A stretch of 40,040 bases of DNA from Humisphaera sp. (GTDB lineage Bacteria > Planctomycetota > Phycisphaerae > Tepidisphaerales > Tepidisphaeraceae), in contig JANXVV010000109.1 in NCBI GenBank assembly GCA_025351525.1, positions 1 through 40,040 of the forward strand. Direction: 5' to 3'. The notes under the pieces are model-generated. The model was not told the DNA's origin. It saw only the letters and a list, made by a program, of their open reading frames with translations, and ran no database searches. Of the stretch, positions 25,642 to 33,537 are shown one piece after another. Within the stretch, counting starts at the first letter, position 1. Each line of letters opens with the position of its first letter. Position numbers and translations under genes: made by a program.

Positions 25642-26616
25642 TTAATCCTTGATCGCTTCACCGCTAAGCCGCGAGCGGACGGTGTAGGTCGGTCGTTCCA
25701 TCGTGCGGAAATGCAGGCGGGCGAGATATTCACCGATGATGCCCAGGGCGAAAAGTTGCGCGCCGGAAAAGATCGCGATCACCGACGCGAGGAACGCGAA
25801 CCCCGGCGCGGCCACGCCGTGGAACAGCCGCATGGCGATGACAAAGAGCAGAATCCCTAAACCGATCAGCGTGAAGAGAAAGCCGATCATGCTCGCCAAC
25901 TGCAACGGCCAGGTGCTGAAGCCGGTCACCATGTTCAGGGCATGCACCAGCAGTTTCCGCAGCGTGTAATTCGAAACGCCGACCGTTCGCGGCTCATGTT
26001 TCACCGCGATCGCCGTGAAGCGGGTGGTGCCCCAGGTGAGCAGCACATCGATCGAGACGAACGGGCTGCGATAGGTGGAAAACGCGCCGCGCACCGCCGT
26101 GCGGAAAACGCGAAAGGCGCTGATATTCCCCGCAGTGTCCGCCCCCATCGCCTTTTGTAGTACCGCTTTGGTGATCTTCGACGCCAGATTCCGCCAGAGC
26201 CCGTGCGTCATGGCCTCGGGCTTGCCGTAGACCACGTCGTAGCCTTCCGCCAGTTTTGCCAACAGCGCGGGAACCTCTTCAGGCGGGTTTTGCAGGTCAT
26301 CGTCCAGCGTGACGATTTTGTCGAACCGCGCCGCCCGGATGCCGCAGAGCAACGCGTTGTGCTGCCCGTAGTTCCGCATCATGTCAAAGCCGACGACGCA
26401 GGGATATTTTCCCCGCAGCGTTTCGATCACCGGCCAGCTCCCATCGCGGCTTCCATCGTTGACGAGAATGATCTCATGGCTTGCCGTTAGCCCGGTGAGA
26501 ATAGGCACCAACCGCGCGAGCAAAAGCGTCAGCGTTTCCTGACTGTTGTAAACCGGAACAATGACGGAAATACCCAAGGGCAGCAGATCAGGTTGCGTGG
26601 AATCCGAAGGGGTCAT
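25642..26616 (-). CDS. GT2 polyprenyl-phosphate glycosyltransferase, ArnC/GtrB-like
   Basis: ISVIVPVYNSQETL, ILVNDGSRDGS, MRNYGQHNAL and LDDDLQNPPEE are present. Two C-terminal TM helices (LASMIGFLFTLIGLGILLFVI, FLASVIAIFSGAQLFALGIIGEY) are characteristic of Und-P sugar-loading GT2 enzymes. Confidence 0.85.
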   Translation of the reverse strand: MTPSDSTQPDLLPLGISVIVPVYNSQETLTLLLARLVPILTGLTASHEIILVNDGSRDGSWPVIETLRGKYPCVVGFDMMRNYGQHNALLCGIRAARFDKIVTLDDDLQNPPEEVPALLAKLAEGYDVVYGKPEAMTHGLWRNLASKITKAVLQKAMGADTAGNISAFRVFRTAVRGAFSTYRSPFVSIDVLLTWGTTRFTAIAVKHEPRTVGVSNYTLRKLLVHALNMVTGFSTWPLQLASMIGFLFTLIGLGILLFVIAMRLFHGVAAPGFAFLASVIAIFSGAQLFALGIIGEYLARLHFRTMERPTYTVRSRLSGEAIKD

Positions 26617-26843
26617 GCCGAGTCGCGCCTGTAAAAACCATGGAACCTCGACGTCGTTTGACGTGGTTCGGCATTGTGCAACGAGGTGGGGTCAAAGTCC
26701 ATACATCGCCTCAATGGCGCGATCGTTGAATGCGTACCCCATGACCATCGCATTCGAGATTTCCGGTCGCCTCCACCTTCCTTTTGGAGGGCGGCAGTCC
26801 CCTGCCGCTGATATCACTTATTCAGTCCGCCTATCCCCAAAAT

Positions 26844-27025
26844 ATGTGATAGACTGGGAATTGAACCGACGTAGTAGCTGTTAGCGGTATGATGGGCTTG
26901 CCAAGCAAACGGTTGCAGTCGTTTGTGCCTGTAAATTTGGGCAAGCTGCGGCCAACTCTTCTGTCGTTGTCGCAATTTAGCGATGAAACTTGCGAATGAT
27001 GTGATAGAGTAACGTTGAATTGAAC
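26844..27025 (+). promoter_or_regulatory. Two copies of ATGTGATAGA(C/G)T-N(3-7)-GAATTGAAC in an AT-richer divergent intergenic region; candidate extended -10 promoters or operators
   Basis: The copies are at 26844-26866 and 26999-27025. Each contains TGaTAGA(C/G)T, which fits TGnTAnnnT. They lie 98-280 nt upstream of the S53 peptidase ATG. Confidence 0.3.
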
Positions 27026-27122
27026 GCGTTCGATGAACTCGCGGCAGTTAGATTCGTTTATTTGCTGGCAGCGCGACTCCTTTGAATGACTTGTAGGATT
27101 TCTTTGATTTAAAGGCACTGGA

Positions 27123-29465
27123 ATGATTTTCAAACGCGATAAATGCCGGTTTGTAAAGCCTGCCGTGAAATCGATTCACCCCTTTGTGGAATCGCTGGAA
27201 TCTCGCTGCCTGCTGTCCGCCAATTCACATTTTCAGCAGTTGAGGTCGCCTCATCCGCATCTTCATCGCCATCATGCACCGGTGCGGATGGCTACACCGA
27301 CAATTGCGCTGTTGAAAAAGGCCGGCCATTTCGGGCGTGCCAAACCTGCCGCGGGCACGGCGAGTCCCACCGGTTATACCCCCACGCGTTTCCGCAATGC
27401 CTACGGGATCAACAACGTCAGTTTCGGGGGCATCATCGGCGATGGCACGGGGCAGACGATCGCCATTATCGATGCCCATCGGAATCCAAATGTTGTCGCC
27501 GATCTCCACGCTTTTGACCTGCAGTATGGCCTTGCCGATCCACCGAATTTCACGGTCGTCAATCAATTCGGTGGCTCGGCCGCCTCGGTGAGTGTCGATG
27601 TTGGGTGGGCGCTCGAGATTGCCCTGGATGTCGAATGGACGCATGTCGTTGCGCCCAAAGCGAATATCCTGCTGGTCGAGGCCAACAGTGCCAGCTATGA
27701 CGATCTTCTGGCAGGTGCCGCAAGCTACGCGGCGCATCAGCCCGGTGTGGTGGCGGTATCCATGAGTTTCGGCGGTCCGGAATATGACACGCAGACTGCG
27801 GACTATGGAAGTTACCTCACCACGCCCGTCGGCCATGCGCCGGTCACGTTTCTTGCCGCCACAGGCGACACGGGCGCCTATGAGGACTCGTCCAATACAA
27901 CCTTGAAAACAATCTCGTTTCCCTCCGCTTCCCCCACGGTGGTTGCGGTGGGCGGCACGAGTCTTTTTTCAGACGCCGCAGGAAATGGCGCAACGGAATC
28001 CGGCTGGAACGGCAGCGGGGGCGGTATTAGCGCCTATGAATCCCAGCCGTCCTTCCAACAGGGTGCCGTCACTCAAGTGACTCAGAGTTTTACCCAAAGA
28101 ACGGTCCCCGATATTTCGTTCGTCGCCAACCCAAGTGCGGGCGGAGTGTCCGTATATTGCTCGATTTATAATGGTGCCGCAACCCCTTGGCTAACGGTCG
28201 GCGGAACGAGTCTATCGACACCGGCGGTGGCGGGATTGGTCGCCATCACCGCTCAAGGCAGGGCGCTGGCGGGGCTTGATCCGTTGGATGGTGCGAACAC
28301 CCTGTTGCCGCGATTCTATAATTTGCCTCTATCGAATTTCCGGGATTCCACCACGGGAAGCAACGGATTTTACGGCCGCACCGGATACAACGCCGGCCCC
28401 GGTTATGATTTGGTTACGGGCATCGGCAGTCCCCTGGCAAATCTCGCGGTTCCGCAATTGGTTTCCGGCGGGCCGTTCGTGATTAAAACCCTCCAGCCCA
28501 CCAGTTACAATGGATCAATTTCATCGGTGACTTTCAAATTCAGCCAGGCGATCGATCCGAATAGCTTCTCGGCGACTTTGGGCGGAATCAGCTCTTTCAC
28601 CGATCCGAACGGTGCGGATCTCACCGGTCAGATCACCGGTTCAACCTGGATCAACCCCACGACGCTGCAAGTGCAGTTTGCGACGCAAACGCTGGCGGGA
28701 AATTACTCGCTCTCGCTCAGTCCGCAGATACAGGCGGTCGATGGAACGCAGATGGATCAGAATGGGAACTACATCCCCGGCGAAGCGGATGATGGCTTTA
28801 CGGCCAACTTTTCACTCGTGCCCGCCGCTGCAGTTGTCAATCGCGGCATTCTCTACAACAACAGCGTTTTCGACAACAATACCCCCGCCGCAGGTGTGGG
28901 TGATAACGCCGCCATCGCTCCCGACAAAACCGCCTTGCTCCCCGGTCAAACCGCGACGTTTGCCAACTACACCAGTTACGATAAAGGCATCAACGGACTG
29001 GTGATCGACGCCACGAATTTGACCAACGGTGCGGCTCTCAATGCAAGTGATTTCATCTTCAAGACCACCATCGACGGCACCACCTGGGTCGCCGCCCCGC
29101 CACCCACGGGCGTCTCATTCCGGGCGGCGGATGGCATCAACGGTTCCGACCGGATCGAACTGCTTTTCGCCGATCTGTCCATCCGAAACGCATGGCTTCA
29201 GGTGACCGTCAAAGCCGACGCCACCACCGGCCTCGCCGCTCCCGATGTGTTCTATTTCGGAAACCTGGTCGGTTGCAGCGGCAATCACGTCAACCAGGCC
29301 ATCGTCAATAACACAGATGCGATCGCCGCACGGATCAAAATCAATACGGCGGCCACCATCACCTCCGTGCTTGATTACAATCGTTCCGGCATGGTCACCA
29401 ATACAGATGTGATTACCGTCCGCATCAATAACCTGCACTCGATCCCCTTGATTGTGGGGCCTTAA
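27123..29465 (+). CDS. Secreted S53 (sedolisin/kumamolisin-like) serine peptidase with C-terminal Ig-like and dockerin-like regions
   Basis: YGIN, GQTIAIIDA, EIALDVEWTHVVAPKANI (Glu/Asp of the triad), VVAVSMSFGG and GGTSLSTPAVAGL (catalytic Ser). The C-terminus has DYNRSGMVTNTDV (dockerin/EF-hand-like). The N-terminus has ...VESLESRCLLSA. Confidence 0.8.
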   Translation: MIFKRDKCRFVKPAVKSIHPFVESLESRCLLSANSHFQQLRSPHPHLHRHHAPVRMATPTIALLKKAGHFGRAKPAAGTASPTGYTPTRFRNAYGINNVSFGGIIGDGTGQTIAIIDAHRNPNVVADLHAFDLQYGLADPPNFTVVNQFGGSAASVSVDVGWALEIALDVEWTHVVAPKANILLVEANSASYDDLLAGAASYAAHQPGVVAVSMSFGGPEYDTQTADYGSYLTTPVGHAPVTFLAATGDTGAYEDSSNTTLKTISFPSASPTVVAVGGTSLFSDAAGNGATESGWNGSGGGISAYESQPSFQQGAVTQVTQSFTQRTVPDISFVANPSAGGVSVYCSIYNGAATPWLTVGGTSLSTPAVAGLVAITAQGRALAGLDPLDGANTLLPRFYNLPLSNFRDSTTGSNGFYGRTGYNAGPGYDLVTGIGSPLANLAVPQLVSGGPFVIKTLQPTSYNGSISSVTFKFSQAIDPNSFSATLGGISSFTDPNGADLTGQITGSTWINPTTLQVQFATQTLAGNYSLSLSPQIQAVDGTQMDQNGNYIPGEADDGFTANFSLVPAAAVVNRGILYNNSVFDNNTPAAGVGDNAAIAPDKTALLPGQTATFANYTSYDKGINGLVIDATNLTNGAALNASDFIFKTTIDGTTWVAAPPPTGVSFRAADGINGSDRIELLFADLSIRNAWLQVTVKADATTGLAAPDVFYFGNLVGCSGNHVNQAIVNNTDAIAARIKINTAATITSVLDYNRSGMVTNTDVITVRINNLHSIPLIVGP

Positions 29466-29997
29466 TACGACGGCGCGACTGATTCATTCGTTGTTCGGGG
29501 GAACTGCGAAGCGGCTGTGGTCAATGTCAACGGCGTAGACCATGGTTTCGGATTGGGCTTCTGCGGAAACGGCGTCAGTCGGCCACGCGCCGATCGCCGG
29601 GGTCGCGGGTTACTTTGCGACACCCCCGAACGGAGGTTCGCGATGATTCATCACCACCGATTCCGATCATCCCCATCCGGTCTTCGACAACCGCCTCGAC
29701 CGCGACTGCACCGCCACCGGCATGGACCTGAGCGCGCCCATTTTTCGTAGGGAATATCAGTTTAAGGGCCCGATAAGCCGATGTGAGATACAACGTTGCC
29801 CAAACGAGCGATGGCGGATTTCGTAAAAATTGGAAAATCCGGGCCGGGAGGATCCAGGCCACGTAAGATTAAAGGTGGTGTAGACACACGGTTAGGATTC
29901 TCTTAACCTGTGACGGTTGCGTGATGACGCACCGCCGAAGTCGGGTGGTGTGTTCCGGGTGCAAGGACGTGCCCGATTCGCTGGAGGTTTAAAGAAG

Positions 29998-32034
29998 ATG
30001 TCTTTGTCGATGCCCCAAACCAAGTCGCCGACCATGTCGATCATCAAACCGAGCGTAAGAGCCGTTCCTAAAACACTTGAACGCTCCATGCTCGATTTTA
30101 TTCATTCCCCGCAGGATTTGCGAAATCTGTCGATGGATGAGTTGGGGGTATTGGCCGGGGAAATGCGGCTTCGGATCGTCGAGGCGGTCAGCAAGAACGG
30201 CGGGCATCTGGCCTCCAATCTGGGCGTGGTCGAACTCACCCTTGCCCTTCATTATGTCTATGATTTCGGTGCGTATCCCAAGGGTCCGGATCGGCTGTTG
30301 TTTGATGTCGGTCATCAGAGTTACGCGCACAAGATGCTCACTGGCCGGGCGGGCGATTTTTCGATGTTGCGGAAGAAGGGGCATGTCAGCGGATTCCCCA
30401 ATCCGTTTGAGAGTCCTTATGACCTGTTCGCCGTCGGCCATGCCGGCACGGCCATCAGCACCGCCGTGGGATTGGCGCGGGGCGATCAACTGATGAATCG
30501 CCAGAACCATATTGCCGCCATTGTGGGCGATGCGTCGATCGTCAACGGGCTGGCGTTTGAAGGTTTGAATGGCGCGGGAATGCTGCGTCGGCAATGTTTG
30601 ATTGTGCTGAATGACAACGGCATGAGCATCAGCAAGCCGCAGGGCGCGTTTGCCCATTATCTGGAGCGCGTGCGGGTCAGCAGCACCTATGAGGAAGCCA
30701 AGAAGGTGGCCGAGAAGATTGTCGGTCGATTGCCCACGAGTGTGGGAGGGACGATCGAAGGGATTTGGCACCATCTGAAGGAAGGCTTCAAAGGCGCGAT
30801 GTGGCCAGGGCAAATGTTTGAGAGCCTCGGCGTAAAATACATGGGCCCGCTGGATGGGCACGATCTGCCGGGCCTCATCAACATGCTCGGCGAACTGAAG
30901 CACGTAAACACACCGGTCCTGCTTCATGTAAAAACGGTCAAAGGCAACGGTTACGAGATCGCCGCCAGCGAACCGACGCGGTTTCACTCGCCCGCCGCTT
31001 TTCAGGTGGAAGGTTGCCGGGTTACGATCAACAAGGGCACCGGCAAATCGTGGACGACCGCGTTTGCGGATGCCATGATCGAGTTGGCGAAGAACGATTC
31101 CCGCGTGATCGCCCTGACCGCCGCCATGCCGGATGGCACGGGGTTAAGCAAATTTGAGACTGTCTTCCCCGATCGCTACATCGACAGCGGCATCTGCGAA
31201 AGCCACCTGACCGCCATGGCCGCCGGCATGGCCAAAAGCGGCCTTCGCCCCTTCGCGGCCATCTACAGCACCTTCATGCAGCGGGCCTTCGATCAGGCCT
31301 GGCAGGAAGTGATTCTCAATGGCATGCCGGTCGTCTTCTGCATGGACCGCGCCGGATTTGTCGGCGACGATGGAGCCGTTCACCACGGGTTCTGCGATCT
31401 GGCCTTTCTCCGCCCCATGCCCGGCATGGTGCTGATGGCCCCGAGCGATGAAGCGGAACTGAATCGTTCCCTGCGATTCGCCCTGTCGCTGCAAACCGCC
31501 AGCGCCCTGCGGTATCCCCGCGACAATGTCCCGACGGAGAATTTCGAGGCGGTCATTGATGAAGACCTGCGAGTCGCCGCCTCGCAGGAATGGGCCATCG
31601 GGCAAAGCCGCGTGTTGCGGGATGGCCCGGATGCGACATTGATCGCCTATGGTGCCCTGGCGCAGAATGCCATGCAGGCAGCCGAGGCGTTGGCTTGCGA
31701 GGGGATTGAGGTGTCGGTGATCGACGCCCGCTTCTGCAAACCGATCGACGCCGCGATGCTGTCCCGCGTGTTGAAGCCCGGCCATCCGGTGCTGACGATT
31801 GAGGATCACTCGTTGCAATATGGCTTCGGCAGCGCGGTGATCGAGCACGCCGTCACCCATGGCCTGCCGACAATGTCCCTCAGCCGGCTGGGCATGCCCG
31901 ATCGACTGGTGCCGCACGCCACCCGAAAAGAGCAGTTGGCGGAAGTGGGTTTGGACGCCGCGGGAATCGCGGGTAGCACAAGGGATGCGATTCGACGGGC
32001 TGCCTCTTTGATGTCCGAAAAACAATTTGCGTAA
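29998..32034 (+). CDS. dxs: 1-deoxy-D-xylulose-5-phosphate synthase
   Basis: GGHLASNLGVVELTLALHYVYDF, DVGHQSYAHKMLTGR, IVGDASIVNGLAFEGLN, ICESHLTAMAAGMA and VHHGFCDLAFLR. GGAGG lies 9 nt upstream of the ATG at 29998. An alternative ATG is at 30088, and the ORF-track start at 29917 is unlikely. Confidence 0.93.
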   Translation: MSLSMPQTKSPTMSIIKPSVRAVPKTLERSMLDFIHSPQDLRNLSMDELGVLAGEMRLRIVEAVSKNGGHLASNLGVVELTLALHYVYDFGAYPKGPDRLLFDVGHQSYAHKMLTGRAGDFSMLRKKGHVSGFPNPFESPYDLFAVGHAGTAISTAVGLARGDQLMNRQNHIAAIVGDASIVNGLAFEGLNGAGMLRRQCLIVLNDNGMSISKPQGAFAHYLERVRVSSTYEEAKKVAEKIVGRLPTSVGGTIEGIWHHLKEGFKGAMWPGQMFESLGVKYMGPLDGHDLPGLINMLGELKHVNTPVLLHVKTVKGNGYEIAASEPTRFHSPAAFQVEGCRVTINKGTGKSWTTAFADAMIELAKNDSRVIALTAAMPDGTGLSKFETVFPDRYIDSGICESHLTAMAAGMAKSGLRPFAAIYSTFMQRAFDQAWQEVILNGMPVVFCMDRAGFVGDDGAVHHGFCDLAFLRPMPGMVLMAPSDEAELNRSLRFALSLQTASALRYPRDNVPTENFEAVIDEDLRVAASQEWAIGQSRVLRDGPDATLIAYGALAQNAMQAAEALACEGIEVSVIDARFCKPIDAAMLSRVLKPGHPVLTIEDHSLQYGFGSAVIEHAVTHGLPTMSLSRLGMPDRLVPHATRKEQLAEVGLDAAGIAGSTRDAIRRAASLMSEKQFA

Positions 32035-32043
32035 GTCTTTCCG

Positions 32044-32191
32044 GTCCCCTCCCCCCATGTACTCATGGGGGGAGGGTTAGGGTGAGGGAGAATTTCTTCA
32101 TGGCGAGAAGACGTTCGGTTTCCCGACTCGGCGGAAAAAAAGGCAAGACCCCTCACCCTAACCCTCCCCCCGGAGTACCGGGGGGAGGGGA
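32044..32191. repeat. GC-rich nested palindromic element (CCCTCCCCCC / GGGGGGAGGG hairpins plus GGGTTAGGGTGAGGG / CCCTCACCCTAACCC long-range arms)
   Basis: Hairpin 1 is at 32044-32078 and hairpin 2 at 32163-32191. The arms at 32075-32089 and 32150-32164 are complementary. The element starts immediately 3' of dxs. Confidence 0.8.
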
Positions 32192-32202
32192 CTGAAAATC
32201 TT

Positions 32203-32463
32203 ATGCGAAACCTCGCCCTTCCAGCCGATACGACGATTGAAGCCGCCCGCATTCAGATCGCGGTATGGCAGCGATTCGGAACGGATCGACGTGTCGCGGC
32301 CGCCATACGATTACACGCAGACGCCCGCCGCGCTTGCGAAGCATTGATTCAAATTCAAAACCCCGAATACAGCGCCGCGCAAGTCCGGTTGGCCGCGCTC
32401 CGATTGCGAGTTGGCGAAGAACTGTTTCGCAAGGCCTGCCCTGAAAGCCATGTTCTGACTTGA
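32203..32463 (+). CDS. Small helical protein, upstream partner of the nucleotidyltransferase
   Basis: An 86-aa ORF with an ATG start, ending 10 nt before the next gene. A paralogous C-terminal fragment (EYTDAQIRLAGIRLRLGEELYHKAYPGQNVL versus EYSAAQVRLAALRLRVGEELFRKACPESHVL) at 34193-34285 supports it as coding. Confidence 0.6.
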   Translation: MRNLALPADTTIEAARIQIAVWQRFGTDRRVAAAIRLHADARRACEALIQIQNPEYSAAQVRLAALRLRVGEELFRKACPESHVLT

Positions 32464-32473
32464 GGGAAACAGA

Positions 32474-33055
32474 GTGGAATCCGAAGAGCAATCGCAGGTG
32501 ATTGGCCGCATCGTGGGTTTGCTCGATGCGGCGGGCATTCGCTACGTGCTTTGCGGATCACTGGCGAGCATCTCGTATAGCCAACCCCGCGCCACATATG
32601 ACGTTGATCTGATCATCGATCCCACCCTCCCCCAATTAAATGCGCTGGTGGCTTTGATGAACCCGGAAGAATACTACGTCAGTCCCGAAGCGGCTCGCGC
32701 GGCCTATGCGGAGCGCTCGATGTTCAACGCGATCGACTTTTTAACGGGGTGGAAAATCGACCTGATGATGCTCAAGCCCGGTTTGTACGACGCCCAGGAG
32801 TTTAACAGGCGAATCGAGCGTGAGGTGCTGGGAAAAAGAGTTTCCGTCCTGACGCCCGAAGATTCAATGCTCAGTAAATTGAATTGGCGCAAGGATTCCC
32901 GATCTGAACGCCAGTACGAAGATGTCGTCAAGGTGGCGGCGGCGCAGTGGGCGCAACTCGATCTGGCCTATCTCCGCCTCTGGGCCGCAGAGTTGGGGGT
33001 TGCCGGGGATCTCGAGCAGGTTCTCCGCGATGCAGACGAATTGCGGCCGCGGTGA
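32474..33055 (+). CDS. Minimal nucleotidyltransferase-fold protein (Pol-beta superfamily)
   Basis: GTG start with GAGGGA upstream. The GS...D.D signature LCGSLASISYSQPRATYDVDLII is present, followed by MFNAIDFLTGWKIDLMML. Confidence 0.7.
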   Translation: MESEEQSQVIGRIVGLLDAAGIRYVLCGSLASISYSQPRATYDVDLIIDPTLPQLNALVALMNPEEYYVSPEAARAAYAERSMFNAIDFLTGWKIDLMMLKPGLYDAQEFNRRIEREVLGKRVSVLTPEDSMLSKLNWRKDSRSERQYEDVVKVAAAQWAQLDLAYLRLWAAELGVAGDLEQVLRDADELRPR

Positions 33056-33099
33056 GTGCCTTTGATAGAGTGTCAATGAGGCGTCGTGCTCAGGGTGCA

Positions 33100-33250
33100 G
33101 GACATAACCTGCGGCATTCAGGTGGCATGGGCGTCTCGCCCATGCGGTTGCGGTACTCCGCAACTATGGCCGGTATTCCGGACAATCCAACAAGAGCTGA
33201 GCGATCTTTCACGCTCATACGACATCGTGGAGTACCGCAACCATGAGCGG
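33100..33250. repeat. Degenerate copy of the inner part of the 2925-3256 composite palindrome
   Basis: GCGGCATTCAGGTGGCATGGGCGTCTCGCCCATGCGGTTGCGGTACTCCGC ... CGTGGAGTACCGCAACCATGAGCGG parallels 2975-3160. Confidence 0.6.
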
Positions 33251-33281
33251 GTTCAAGCCGATGAGCCCGGATAATTCAAAC

Positions 33282-33429
33282 TCACCACGAAAGCACGAAG
33301 AACACGAAAAAAAACCAGGCGATATGCTTTGTCATCTGCGCAACCTGCGCCGGCATGAACCCCCTTTGAATTATTGCTAATTTCCTATTCTCAAGGTCTT
33401 TATTCGTGTTCTTCGTGCTTTCCTGGTGA
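33282..33429. repeat. MITE-like element with 27-bp terminal inverted repeats (1 mismatch)
   Basis: TCACCACGAAAGCACGAAGAACACGAA (33282-33308) pairs with TTCGTGTTCTTCGTGCTTTCCTGGTGA (33403-33429). It belongs to the same family as 8622-8763. Confidence 0.75.
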
Positions 33430-33537
33430 ATAATCCGGGCGTGTTAGATCACAGGCACCTCAACCTTAACTTTCCAATGTCGCGGCGTTTGATCCAATGC
33501 CTTCACCGTGTTCTAAAATGTATTCCAAATAACGCCG

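Noticed and set aside
25638-25733. 32-codon N-terminal extension of the WecD-like ORF (GTG at 25733)
   Set aside because: It would overlap the GT2 gene by 92 nt. The in-frame GTG at 25637 has an AAGGA RBS and gives a protein of the expected WecD size. The longer form is kept as an alternative only.
26561-27133. ORFs 26561..26884(+) and 26831..27133(-)
   Set aside because: They lie in the AT-richer divergent promoter region. They have no RBS, atypical composition and no motifs.
29517-29862. ORFs 29517..29750(+) and 29575..29862(-), and a possible TPP riboswitch before dxs
   Set aside because: The peptides are compositionally implausible, although a GGAGG precedes an internal ATG at 29643. 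I could not find the conserved TPP aptamer core, so no riboswitch is claimed.
29989-32058. Reverse ORFs 29989..30987 (332 aa) and 31144..32058 (304 aa)
   Set aside because: They are antisense to dxs.
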